Origin: Vulcanimicrobiota bacterium
Lineage (GTDB): Bacteria; Vulcanimicrobiota; Vulcanimicrobiia; Vulcanimicrobiales; Vulcanimicrobiaceae
Assembly: GCA_963714015.1 (NCBI GenBank)
Contig: OY970223.1
Coordinates: 608,001-672,000 of the forward strand
Reading direction: 5' to 3'
Length of the DNA: 64,000 nt
Positions 1-9,495 of the stretch are shown here, piece by piece; position 1 is the stretch's first letter, and the number at the start of each line of letters is the position of its first letter. Both the position numbers and the translations under genes were made by a program. Under the pieces are notes generated by a model. That model did no database searches, was not told the origin of the DNA, and saw only the letters and a program-made list of their open reading frames with translations.

Positions 1-1503
1 CGAGCCGTGCGCGTGCCCGCGATCGTCGAGCGTAACGGTCTGCTGCTGAACGGAAGATCCGTGAACGAGCTGTACTTGAACCGGCAAAGCGGCGGCGGCC
101 TTCCCGGTACCGGCGTCATTGCCGTAGACGTCGAATGCGGCCGGTTCGGTACTGCCGATGTCGGTACGATCGATCGAAACGCGCAATGCGATGCGATCGG
201 TCGGGACCGTGATCCGCGTATCGGCTGTTGCACCGCCCGATGAGGCCCGCACGCCGTACGTGGACGCTAGCCCGTCTTCAGGATGCGGAATCTCTACGGT
301 AGCGCGACCATCGCTTCCGGTTTGCACCGTCGCCGAATACCACTGCGCGATCCCCCACGGCGCCGAGTCTGCGTCGGCGATGTAAGCGTGCGGCGATCGA
401 ATGACGTCCACGCTTACCTCAACGCCTGCAGCCGGTTGTTCATCGCGAAGGGCGCGAACGGCGAGCGGCACGTCTTGAGCGGGATTACAGGAGCTCTCGC
501 AGAGCAGCGTTAGGTTCAATGAAAGACCGCCGGCATTGGCGTCGACGTGCAGCGAGGTTCCGGACGTCGCCCCATTAACCGTCGCCATGACGGTGTAATC
601 TCCCGCGGCACTCCCCTGCGGTATGTGCAGCGCCGCATCGAACGCACCGGCGGCATCGAGCGGCGCCGACGTCTGCGCGACCACGCTGCCGTACGATCGC
701 AACGCAATAACGGCCGTTCCGCTGCTCGCGCGCAGCCGCGAACCGTTCCGGGAACGCGCAAAACCGACCACGTGCAGATCGTCACCGGCATGAACGACCG
801 CGCTGTCGGTCCGAACGGCAACGATCGTGGACGGCAACGGCGCCTGAGGCAAGAACGAAATGAATGCCGTGCTGCTTCCCCAGCTCGCCAGCGCGAACAC
901 CGGGCGAGGCCTTCCGCGCCAGAAGACCAAACCGTCCGCATTGGTCAAGCGATCCTCAAACCGGCCGTTGACCACGAATGAAACGCGCATGTGCGCGAGC
1001 GGACGCCCGCCGCCCAAATCAACGCCGTACAGCGCGATGCCTTGCGGCGTTTCTTTTGAGACGAGACCGACGCGCGTTCGGTCGATCCACACTTGCTGCC
1101 CAATACCGGCGCGCCGTGCTTCGACCACAAAAAATCCCTCTCGAGATCCGAGGGGAAGATCGACGTCGTTGCTCTGAAAACGGTATCCGCCTGGCGGCGT
1201 ATACTGCCAGTGCGCGATCGGTTTCAGGCGTCGCGTATCGATTGCGCGCGGACGCGTATTAGAACCGGCCACGATGACGTCCGCCGGATCGACGCGATAC
1301 ACGCTGAAATCGAGCGGTGCGCTCGTAAAGGTGTCCAAGCGTACGCTCGTCGTTCTCCACGGCACGTTTGAATCGTGTGCGTAAAGCGCGAAATAGGCGT
1401 CCAGCCGGTGGTAGTCGAGAATCGGGCGCGCGGCGGGCGCCGGCAATCCGGCGCTAAGCAAAAGCGCGACCCCCAGTATCAGTGTGGAGAAACCGCGGAG
1501 CAT
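1..1503 (-). CDS. Secreted alpha-2-macroglobulin-like (MG domain) protein, 3' end outside window
   Basis: Not in the ORF track because no stop falls in the window. Manual translation from ATG at 1503 gives MLRGFSTLILGVALLLSAGLPAPAARP (signal peptide) ... IVAVRTDSAVVHAGDDLHVVGFAR, resembling the MG2 'TDRxxYrPGdtV' pattern. The frame was open in every segment translated, including the window edge. Confidence 0.6.
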   Translation of the reverse strand, partial: MLRGFSTLILGVALLLSAGLPAPAARPILDYHRLDAYFALYAHDSNVPWRTTSVRLDTFTSAPLDFSVYRVDPADVIVAGSNTRPRAIDTRRLKPIAHWQYTPPGGYRFQSNDVDLPLGSREGFFVVEARRAGIGQQVWIDRTRVGLVSKETPQGIALYGVDLGGGRPLAHMRVSFVVNGRFEDRLTNADGLVFWRGRPRPVFALASWGSSTAFISFLPQAPLPSTIVAVRTDSAVVHAGDDLHVVGFARSRNGSRLRASSGTAVIALRSYGSVVAQTSAPLDAAGAFDAALHIPQGSAAGDYTVMATVNGATSGTSLHVDANAGGLSLNLTLLCESSCNPAQDVPLAVRALRDEQPAAGVEVSVDVIRSPHAYIADADSAPWGIAQWYSATVQTGSDGRATVEIPHPEDGLASTYGVRASSGGATADTRITVPTDRIALRVSIDRTDIGSTEPAAFDVYGNDAGTGKAAAALPVQVQLVHGSSVQQQTVTLDDRGHAHGS

Positions 1504-1563
1504 TCGCGTCTCCGGCTTCGACGGCAGGGAGTTCGGCCCTAGCGCGGCGTAAGCGCTCGCACT

Positions 1564-2101
1564 GTGAACCGGACTATCCTTCTTGTCGCGTGCATCGCGC
1601 TTTGCCGGCCCATCGGCGCATCGGCTGCCCCGACGTCTCCGGCAGGCATGCCGACGATCCATCTGCCGGACAAACCGCTCCACGCCCACTTGCTGGTTGA
1701 AGTCAACCAGAAAGGGCAGGTCGTTCGCGTCAGCTCACGGCCAACTCTCCGGCGATCGCAGTTTCGACGTTATGGCAATCGGCAATGCGATGCAGATGTG
1801 GATACGCCATCCCGACGGGAAGGCGGAGCCGGGACTATACGACGTCAGCTACGATTACGATCCCAAAACGCACAACGTTCAGCGCCATCCCTCGCTGGTA
1901 AAATCAGGCGGCAGCTGGTCAAACTCACCGGGCGCGGCTACGATTATCATCAAAGACATGCAGCGCGAAGCGCTCGAGACCGCGGCACGCCTCAAAGCAG
2001 ATCAAATGAAGCAAGAGCAAGCGCGCTCTAAGGATCTTCCCGACATCAATGCGGCGGTCAAGCGCGCAATGAGTCATCCCACTGCCTCGCCGAAACCGTA
2101 A
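1564..2101 (+). CDS. Secreted hypothetical protein with an apparent +1 frameshift near 1731
   Basis: Signal peptide and N-terminus are in ORF 1564..2031 (MNRTILLVACIAL...VEVNQKGQVVRV). The sequence continues as HGQLSGDRSFDVMAIGNAMQMWIR... in ORF 1583..2101. Confidence 0.6.
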
Positions 2102-2297
2102 GAACTCCGCAAAGCCGGTTTGGCGCAGCCCCGGCGACGACGTCGAACGCAACTGCCGTTCCAAAGACGCCTATCAGAGCGAGTCACACGCACGCGCCTT
2201 CGCCGCCATGCAGCCCGTCGCGTTGTACGCATACGAATGCAGGCATTGCGGCCTGTGGCACCTAACGCGACGCCGGGACACGCCATGCGATACGTAA
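2082..2297 (+). CDS. Small putative zinc-finger protein, 71 aa (probable CTG start)
   Basis: Manual translation: (M)PRRNRKNSAKPVWRSPGDDVERNCRSKDAYQSESHARAFAAMQPVALYAYECRHCGLWHLTRRRDTPCDT*. Contains C...YECxxCGxWHL and overlaps both neighbours. Confidence 0.6.
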   Translation: MPRRNRKNSAKPVWRSPGDDVERNCRSKDAYQSESHARAFAAMQPVALYAYECRHCGLWHLTRRRDTPCDT

Positions 2298-3127
2298 GTT
2301 TTTACCGGGATGGCCGCGCGCGGCCCGGTTTGCTGCAAGGCGAGACGATCACTCCGCTGGCGTGCGATTCGATGCTCGATTATCTGCGTTTGACCGAAGA
2401 CGAACGCGCTGCGCGCATCACGCCCGAAGCTCTGCCGCTGCGCGACGTGCAGCCGGCGGCACCGGTACGGCCGCAAAAAAACGTCTTCTGCGTTGGACGA
2501 AACTATTTGGAACACGCCAAGGAGGGCGCGCGCGCGCTCGGGCGCGAGCTCAAGCTGCCGGACGTGCCCGCGTTTTTCACGAAAGCTCCGACGGCCATCG
2601 CCGACCCCGACGCAACCCTGGAATTCCGAGCGGACGTTTCCAAAGAGATGGATTGGGAAGGCGAGCTTGCCGTCATCATCGGAAAGCGCATTAAAGACGT
2701 TTCAGAAGAAGAGGCGATGAGCGCCGTCTTCGGCTACACGTGCCTGAACGACATCACGGCGCGTGACCTCCAGCGAGCGCACCAGCAGTTTTTCAAAGGA
2801 AAGAGTCTGGATTCGAGTTGCCCGATGGGCCCGTGGATCGTCGGAGCCGACGAGATCCCGGATCCGCACCGGCTGCTCCTCTCGCTTCGCGTGAACGGTC
2901 ACCGCAAGCAGCAATCCGATACCGGACGAATGATTTTCAGGATTCCGCGGCTCATTGCCGAGCTTTCGATAGGCACGACCCTGGAGCCGGGCGACGTGAT
3001 CTCGACGGGAACGCCGGACGGCGTCGGATTCGCGCGCACGCCTCCTGAGTTTTTTCAAGACGGGGACGTGGTGGAGATCGCTATCCAGAAAATCGGCACG
3101 CTGCGCAATACCATCCGCATCATCTAA
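2285..3127 (+). CDS. Fumarylacetoacetate hydrolase family protein
   Basis: CVGRNYLEH, DWEGELAVIIG, NDITARDLQ, GKSLD and GDVISTGTPDGVG motifs; start moved to ATG 2285. Confidence 0.93.
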   Translation: MRYVSFYRDGRARPGLLQGETITPLACDSMLDYLRLTEDERAARITPEALPLRDVQPAAPVRPQKNVFCVGRNYLEHAKEGARALGRELKLPDVPAFFTKAPTAIADPDATLEFRADVSKEMDWEGELAVIIGKRIKDVSEEEAMSAVFGYTCLNDITARDLQRAHQQFFKGKSLDSSCPMGPWIVGADEIPDPHRLLLSLRVNGHRKQQSDTGRMIFRIPRLIAELSIGTTLEPGDVISTGTPDGVGFARTPPEFFQDGDVVEIAIQKIGTLRNTIRII

Positions 3128-3184
3128 CCGAGACGCACGACAAACATCGCAGGGTTAAGCAACCTTGCGCTGAAAACGCGGCGC

Positions 3185-4330
3185 ATGAACGTTGCGGTAC
3201 CTCGCGAAGCGGCGCCGAACGAAACGCGCGTCGCCATCGTACCCGAAACCGCGGCAAGACTCGTCAAGGCGGGTGTTGCCGTAAAGGTTGCGCGCGGCGC
3301 GGGTGAACGCGCCGCTTTCCCCGACGAGCTCTATACGCAGGCCGGAGCGTCGATAGCCGACGAGCCGGCCGCATTACTTTCCGATGCGGATTTGGTCGTC
3401 ACCGTCGGCCGGCCCGACGAATCGGCGATCGCAGCAATCCCCAAGCACGCCGTTGTTCTCGGCCTGCTTGCGCCGCTGGGTGACGTTTCGTACGTCCAGC
3501 ATTTGGCGGACGCCGGAATTACGGCACTCTCGATGGATGCTATTCCTCGAATAACCCGCGCACAAAGCATGGACGCGCTGAGCTCGCAAAGCAATATCGC
3601 GGGATATAAATCCGTGCTTATGGCCGCGCTCGCGCTTCCAAAGTTCTTCCCGATGCTGACGACTGCAGCCGGTACGATTCCGCCGGCCAAAGTGCTGGTG
3701 CTCGGCGCAGGCGTCGCCGGTCTGCAAGCAATTGCGACGGCGCGCCGTCTGGGCGCGGTCGTGAGCGCCTACGATACGCGCGCTGTGGTCAAAGAGCAAG
3801 TTCAAAGTCTCGGCGCTACGTTTCTGGAGATCGACCTCGGCGTCGATGCGCAAACGGCGGGCGGCTATGCAAAGGAATTAACCCCGGAGCAGATTGAGAA
3901 ACAACGCAAGTTCATGGTGGACGCAATCGGCGCATCGGACGTCGTGATCACCACGGCGCTCGTACCGGGGCGGCGCGCACCGTTGCTCATCACCGAGGAA
4001 GCGGTAGCAGCGATGCGTCCCGGGTCGGTCATCGTTGACCTCGCGGCTGAGGCCGGCGGCAACTGCGCCCTTACGCGGCGCGACGAAACGGCGATCTCGC
4101 CGGGCGGCGTGCAGATCATCGGTCAAACGAACATCCCCTCGACGATGCCCTATCACGCATCGCAGCTCTACTCCCGCAACGTGTTCGCGCTGCTCGGCGT
4201 GCTGCTCAAAGACGGGGCCCTAACGCTTGACATGAGCGACGAGATCGCACGGGGCACGACCATCGTGCACGAAGGGAAGATCGTCCACCAACCGACGCTA
4301 GACGCACTTGCCACAGGAGCGGCTTCGTGA
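3185..4330 (+). CDS. pntA: NAD(P) transhydrogenase subunit alpha, part 1
   Basis: ETRVAIVP, PRITRAQSMDALSSQ, GAGVAGLQA, GGYAKE, DLAAEAGGNC. Confidence 0.96.
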   Translation: MNVAVPREAAPNETRVAIVPETAARLVKAGVAVKVARGAGERAAFPDELYTQAGASIADEPAALLSDADLVVTVGRPDESAIAAIPKHAVVLGLLAPLGDVSYVQHLADAGITALSMDAIPRITRAQSMDALSSQSNIAGYKSVLMAALALPKFFPMLTTAAGTIPPAKVLVLGAGVAGLQAIATARRLGAVVSAYDTRAVVKEQVQSLGATFLEIDLGVDAQTAGGYAKELTPEQIEKQRKFMVDAIGASDVVITTALVPGRRAPLLITEEAVAAMRPGSVIVDLAAEAGGNCALTRRDETAISPGGVQIIGQTNIPSTMPYHASQLYSRNVFALLGVLLKDGALTLDMSDEIARGTTIVHEGKIVHQPTLDALATGAAS

Positions 4331-4653
4331 GCGACATCGCATTCATTTCCTACCTTTTCGGATTGCTGCTGGTCTTAGCGCTCGCCATCTTCGTCGGCTT
4401 TGAGGTGATCTCGAAGGTTCCGACGACGCTGCATACACCGCTGATGTCGGCGACGAATGCAATTCACGGCGTCGTGCTGGTCGGCGCGATCTTCATCGTC
4501 GGCGATATCTTCAAAGGTTCGCTGAGCGGTCCGCTGCTGACCACGGTCGCGTTTATTGCGGTGACGCTCGGAACGATAAACGTCGCGGGCGGATTCGCGG
4601 TCACCGAGCGAATGCTCGAGATGTTCAAAAAGAAAGAGCCGGTGCGCAAGTGA
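4327..4653 (+). CDS. pntA: NAD(P) transhydrogenase subunit alpha, part 2 (membrane)
   Basis: LHTPLMSATNAIHG and INVAGGFAVTERMLEMF; overlaps both neighbours by 4 nt. Confidence 0.95.
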   Translation: MSDIAFISYLFGLLLVLALAIFVGFEVISKVPTTLHTPLMSATNAIHGVVLVGAIFIVGDIFKGSLSGPLLTTVAFIAVTLGTINVAGGFAVTERMLEMFKKKEPVRK

Positions 4654-6080
4654 CGGCGTACGGCACCGCTCAGACGATCTTCTTTTACGCCGCAACCCTC
4701 GCGGCGGTCGTGCTCTTCATCAACGGCTTGCGTCTGCTGAGTTCGCCTGCGACCGCCCGCATCGGCAACCGTTATGCCGCGATAGGCATGCTGGTCGCGA
4801 TCATTGCGGCGGTCTGGCGGATCGACGCCGCCGGGTGGTGGGTGATTCTCGCAGGCGTCGCCGTTGGCGCAGTCGTGGGCATCTTCTCCGCGCTCAAGGT
4901 CAAAATGACCGCGATGCCGCAGATGGTCGCCCTTTTCAACGGTGCGGGCGGCGGCGCCGCAGCATGCATTTCGACTGCCGAATTCTTTTTGCTGGCAGCT
5001 ACAGGTGCGGCGATGTCGTTCGAGATGCGCCTGTTGACCTACGTTTCGCTGCTCGTGAGCGCGATTATCGGCGCCGTAAGTTTTTCGGGATCGATCGTTG
5101 CGTTTCTCAAGCTGCAGGAATGGATGACCGGTCGCCCCGTCACCTACAAGGGCCAGCAGGTCGTCAATGCATTTCTGGGCGCTGCGGTGCTCGTGCTGGC
5201 ATTGGGCATCATGGCGCGCGGCGGCGACGTTCCGTGGGTTTGGTACGTGGGAATGCTCGCGGCGGCGCTCATTTTCGGCGTCTTGTTCGTGCTGCCCATT
5301 GGCGGAGCCGACATGCCGGTCGTCATTTCGCTGCTCAACTCTTTCACGGGCGTGGCAGTCGCGATTACCGGCTTCGAGCTCGACAACCAGCTGCTCATCG
5401 TCAGCGGTACACTCGTCGGCGCCAGTGGTACGCTGCTGACGATCCTCATGGGTAAGGCGATGAATCGTCCGCTCACGAACGTGCTGTTCGGCGCTTTCGG
5501 CGCGGGGGGCGGAATGGAGCCGGCCGGCGCTGCAGGCGGCGCATCGCAGAATGTGCGCAGCACGACGGCCGACGATGTCGCCGTGATGCTTGCGTATGCC
5601 CATCAAGTGATCGTCGTCCCCGGATACGGCATGGCGGTCGCGCAAGCGCAGCACAGCGTGCGTGAGCTGGCGGACCAGCTCGAGAAGAAAGGCGTCTCCG
5701 TCAAATACGCGATCCATCCGGTTGCCGGACGCATGCCGGGGCACATGAACGTGCTGCTTGCCGAAGCGAACGTTCCCTATAACCAGCTCTACGACATGGA
5801 CGACATCAACCCGGAGTTTCCCCGCACGGACGTTGCGCTGATCATCGGCGCCAACGACGTAACCAATCCCGCCGCTCGCAATGTTCCATCATCGCCGATT
5901 TACGGTATGCCGATTCTCGATGTGGACAAAGCGGCCAACGTCATCGTACTCAAGCGGTCGATGCGCTCCGGCTTTGCGGGCATCGAAAACCCGCTCTACG
6001 AGGACGCAAAAACCGCGATGCTGTTCGGCGATGCCAAAGCGAGCGTCGATGCGCTCGTCCACGCCGTCAAAGCGCTCTAG
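4650..6080 (+). CDS. pntB: NAD(P) transhydrogenase subunit beta
   Basis: IGGADMPVVISLLNS, VPGYGMAVAQAQ, IHPVAGRMPGHMNVLLAE, GANDVTNP. Confidence 0.97.
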   Translation: MTAYGTAQTIFFYAATLAAVVLFINGLRLLSSPATARIGNRYAAIGMLVAIIAAVWRIDAAGWWVILAGVAVGAVVGIFSALKVKMTAMPQMVALFNGAGGGAAACISTAEFFLLAATGAAMSFEMRLLTYVSLLVSAIIGAVSFSGSIVAFLKLQEWMTGRPVTYKGQQVVNAFLGAAVLVLALGIMARGGDVPWVWYVGMLAAALIFGVLFVLPIGGADMPVVISLLNSFTGVAVAITGFELDNQLLIVSGTLVGASGTLLTILMGKAMNRPLTNVLFGAFGAGGGMEPAGAAGGASQNVRSTTADDVAVMLAYAHQVIVVPGYGMAVAQAQHSVRELADQLEKKGVSVKYAIHPVAGRMPGHMNVLLAEANVPYNQLYDMDDINPEFPRTDVALIIGANDVTNPAARNVPSSPIYGMPILDVDKAANVIVLKRSMRSGFAGIENPLYEDAKTAMLFGDAKASVDALVHAVKAL

Positions 6081-7320
6081 TATCCAAAGCAGATAACGCT
6101 TCGAGCGTCGCGTCCACCTCTTCGGGCGTGTTGTAATGCGCTAATCCGATCCGCACCACGCCCTGCGCCTCGTCGATGCCCAAACTGCGCACGACTTCGA
6201 GCGCGAAGTTGTGTCCGGACCAGACAAAAACGTTCTTATCGGCAAGCGCCCGCGCGATTTGCGCCGGCGAGGATTCGTCGTGAAGGAATGAAACTGTCGG
6301 AACGCGCTCGTCAAAGCGCGCCGGATCGGTGATTCCGGCAATGCGAATCTTCGGGATCGTCCGTAAGCCTTCGACGAGCCGCTGCGTGAGAGGGCGCTCC
6401 CATACCGCCATCGCCTCGAACGCGGCAAGGATGCAATCCCGCGATCCGGCAACGGATCCGGTCTGCCGTCCGAGCCACATGAAATACTCTATGGTTTCAT
6501 TTAGGCCCGCGAGTTGTTCTATCTGCGGCGTGCCCGTTTCGAATTTGTATGGCAAGTCCGCCGTTTGCGGGCGGACTTTATATGCGAACAACTCTTCGAG
6601 CAGATGCTCGCGCCCCCAAACGATGCCTAGGTGCGGTCCGAAAAACTTGTACGACGAACAGGCAAGAAAATCGCAGCCGAGGCGCCGAACGTCGATTGGG
6701 GCGTGCGGCGCCAATTGAACCGCGTCGACGTACACGAGGGCGCCCGCTTCGTGAATGCGGTCGATGAGCGCGCGCATCGGGTTGATCGAGCCCGTCAGGT
6801 TGCTGGCATAGTTTAACGCGACGATTCGTGTCTTCGACGTCAGCACCGCGCCGAGCGCTTCAGGTTCGATTATCCACGACTCGGGATTAAAGCGGAGCCA
6901 GCGAACGGTCAGTCCAAGATCCTCGGCGAGCAGCAACCACGGCGCGATATTGCCGTCGTGATCCATGTCCGTTACGACGATCTCGTCGCCTGCCCGCAGC
7001 ATGCGCGCGAAACTTCGTGAGAATTGAAACGTCAGGGACGTCATGCTGGGACCAACGACGACCTCGCGAAACGATTCGGCACCCAAAAAATCCGCCATTG
7101 ATCGATGGGCGTTCTCTACGACTGCTTCCGCCTGGACGCTGGTCGTGAAATAGCCCCCGAGATTCGCGTTCGTCTCCAGCAAACAGCGCGCAGTGGCCTC
7201 GGCGACTCGTTGCGCGACTTGCGTTCCGGCCGGATTGTCGACGTAGATGCGCGCGCGTCCCCCGTCGGTGAGGCGCAATGCCGGAAACTGCTCGCGCACT
7301 TTGTCGATGGGAAAGATCAT
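6067..7320 (-). CDS. Cysteine desulfurase-like class V PLP enzyme
   Basis: DNPAGTQV, DHDGNIAPW, VDAVQLAPH, SSYKFFGPH (PLP lysine), FETGTP; start at ATG 7320. Confidence 0.88.
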   Translation of the reverse strand: MIFPIDKVREQFPALRLTDGGRARIYVDNPAGTQVAQRVAEATARCLLETNANLGGYFTTSVQAEAVVENAHRSMADFLGAESFREVVVGPSMTSLTFQFSRSFARMLRAGDEIVVTDMDHDGNIAPWLLLAEDLGLTVRWLRFNPESWIIEPEALGAVLTSKTRIVALNYASNLTGSINPMRALIDRIHEAGALVYVDAVQLAPHAPIDVRRLGCDFLACSSYKFFGPHLGIVWGREHLLEELFAYKVRPQTADLPYKFETGTPQIEQLAGLNETIEYFMWLGRQTGSVAGSRDCILAAFEAMAVWERPLTQRLVEGLRTIPKIRIAGITDPARFDERVPTVSFLHDESSPAQIARALADKNVFVWSGHNFALEVVRSLGIDEAQGVVRIGLAHYNTPEEVDATLEALSALDTRAL

Positions 7321-8909
7321 CGGGCAACGCTCCAGCCGGCGGCATTCCACGTCGGCAGAAAGGCGTTAGGCGAAAAGCCGCCTAAGCGCTTGCGGTACGC
7401 GTAAATGTAATCGGCGTTGAAAAGGTAGAGGATCGGCACATCGCGAGCGACGATTCGCTCGATTTGGGCGTAGAGCTGCTTTCGAATCGGCTGCAGCGGT
7501 TCGTCCAATGCCCGCGCCTCCAGCGCGTCGACCTGGGGATTGCAGTAACGCATATAATTGGAAGGCCCCTTGCAGGTCAAAATCGAGGAATCGTCCGGAT
7601 CGGATCCCATCGTGAACGGCACGTAGGCCATATCGTACGCGCCGCTTGCCAAGGTTCCGCCGCGCGTGGACGGCAGAAACAACTGTGCGTTGCTGATGGA
7701 TTTGATTTCTACGTCGATACCCCGCTGCTGCAGTTGCGCTTGAACGGCAGTCGCGACGCGAACGCCCGTCATCGACTCCGGAAACTGCACGTAGACGAGG
7801 GAGAATCGCACGCCGTTACGCCCCCGCGTGTATCCGGCGGCATCGAACAGTGCATCGGCGCCGCGCGGGTCGTAGCCGGGTTCTTTTACAGAGGAATCGT
7901 ACGCCCATGAAAACTGCGGCTGAATCTGGTCCGTTACCGGATATCGTCCCAGCGTAATCTTTCGGCTTATCGCGGCGCGGTCGATCGACATTGCCATGGC
8001 TCGCCGAACGCGCGGATCGTTCAGAGGCGGATGCTGCAGATTGAGAACCAGACCGGCCACGACCGCCGTCGGCACGTAGCGAAATGCGACGTCGCGCGCA
8101 TTCGAGAGCGCGAGCTGCTGAACCGGCGCAATGAGATTCCAGTCGATCGAGCCCGATCGCAGCAGCACGAGGTTGGTTTGCGGATCCGGAATGATGCGAA
8201 TGTGCAGGCGCTGCAGACGCGGCGCGCCGCGCCAGTACGAGCGGTTCGCGACGTAGTCCAGCGAGTCGCCGCGTTTCCACGAGACGAACGTGAACGGACC
8301 GTCGCCGACGGTGGGGGCCGAATTGAAAGGCGCTTGGGCGAGCGGCAATTGATGCTCGAGCACGTGGGCCGGCAGAACGAACTGCGGCCGAAACCCGTAC
8401 GAGAAGAACGTTGAAACGGCGGGCGCCCAGGCGTGCCGCAGATGAAAGACGACCGTATGCCGGTTCGGTGCCCACGCCCGATCGATCAAATCGTATCCTT
8501 CGCGCGAGGGAACGGGATTGGCCGGATCGTCGATCGCATGAAGCGTCCACAAGACGTCATGCGCCGTCACGGGAACGCCGTCGCTCCAGCGAACCTGCGG
8601 CCGCAGCCGGTAGACGATCGTGCGGCCATCGGGCGAGACGTCGCCATTGGCGACGGTCGGAATGCGCGAGAGCAGCTCCGGTATCGGCCGGCCTCGCGGG
8701 TCCAGGTCGATGAAGGGCTCGAAGGCCAAGCGGGCGGCCTGCTGCTCTACGGAGGCGGCGTCCTGATGGAGAAAAAGCGGGTTCAGGTTCGCCGGGTCGG
8801 CTGCGAGGTCGAACCGCCCTTGGCTCGCGTTCCCAACCCCGGCAGCATGACCCCCACAGGCCGTCAGCAAAGCCGCGGCAGCCGCTAGGGCGGCGCCTCT
8901 CTTCCACAT
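7317..8909 (-). CDS. Peptide ABC transporter substrate-binding lipoprotein (SBP family 5)
   Basis: Lipobox LLTAC, WSDGVPVTAHDV, VGDGPF, DPRVRRAMAMSIDR. Confidence 0.92.
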   Translation of the reverse strand: MWKRGAALAAAAALLTACGGHAAGVGNASQGRFDLAADPANLNPLFLHQDAASVEQQAARLAFEPFIDLDPRGRPIPELLSRIPTVANGDVSPDGRTIVYRLRPQVRWSDGVPVTAHDVLWTLHAIDDPANPVPSREGYDLIDRAWAPNRHTVVFHLRHAWAPAVSTFFSYGFRPQFVLPAHVLEHQLPLAQAPFNSAPTVGDGPFTFVSWKRGDSLDYVANRSYWRGAPRLQRLHIRIIPDPQTNLVLLRSGSIDWNLIAPVQQLALSNARDVAFRYVPTAVVAGLVLNLQHPPLNDPRVRRAMAMSIDRAAISRKITLGRYPVTDQIQPQFSWAYDSSVKEPGYDPRGADALFDAAGYTRGRNGVRFSLVYVQFPESMTGVRVATAVQAQLQQRGIDVEIKSISNAQLFLPSTRGGTLASGAYDMAYVPFTMGSDPDDSSILTCKGPSNYMRYCNPQVDALEARALDEPLQPIRKQLYAQIERIVARDVPILYLFNADYIYAYRKRLGGFSPNAFLPTWNAAGWSVAR

Positions 8910-9009
8910 GCGGCGCCCTTCGCCGCTGCAGCCCGGCTTCTTGGCGAAAAGCCCTTGCCCGAATAAATCCGGTGTAGTATAGTCGGTTGGCCGAACGAAT
9001 CTTTGAATT

Positions 9010-9495
9010 ATGGAAAAACGCTCGAATATTGCCGTTGAGTCCGGGGAGCTGGACCCTCTCGATCTGACGCTGTTGGAGGCCCTGCAGCGCAACGCCCGAT
9101 CCACCTTTGCCGAACTAGGCTCGCTGGTGGGGCTCAAGGCGCCTGCGGTTCACGACCGCGTCAAGCGCCTGGAGAGCCGCGGCTACGTGCGCGGATACGC
9201 CGCGCAGCTCGACAGCAAGTTGCTCGGTCTGGAGCTCGCCGCATTTGTGAGTTGCTTTACGACGCCTGAGACGAAGTACGACCAGTTCACGTCGGCGCTC
9301 GCGCAGATGCCCGAAGTGAGTGAGATTCACAGTGTTGCCGGCGAGGAGTCCTTCGTACTGAAGGTCGTCACGCGATCGACAAATCATTTGGACGAGCTGC
9401 TCTCACGCTTGAAATCGGTTCCCGGAATGGCGCGCACCAAGACGACGATCGTGCTCTCGACGCCGTTCGAACGCGGAGGCATCTCGGTTCAATGA
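9010..9495 (+). CDS. Lrp/AsnC family transcriptional regulator
   Basis: LLEALQRNARSTFAELGSLVGL HTH; HSVAGEESFVLKV RAM domain. Confidence 0.95.
   Translation: MEKRSNIAVESGELDPLDLTLLEALQRNARSTFAELGSLVGLKAPAVHDRVKRLESRGYVRGYAAQLDSKLLGLELAAFVSCFTTPETKYDQFTSALAQMPEVSEIHSVAGEESFVLKVVTRSTNHLDELLSRLKSVPGMARTKTTIVLSTPFERGGISVQ

Noticed and set aside
3185..6080. Split pntA as a novelty
   Set aside because: The three-gene alpha1/alpha2/beta arrangement is well known in many bacteria.
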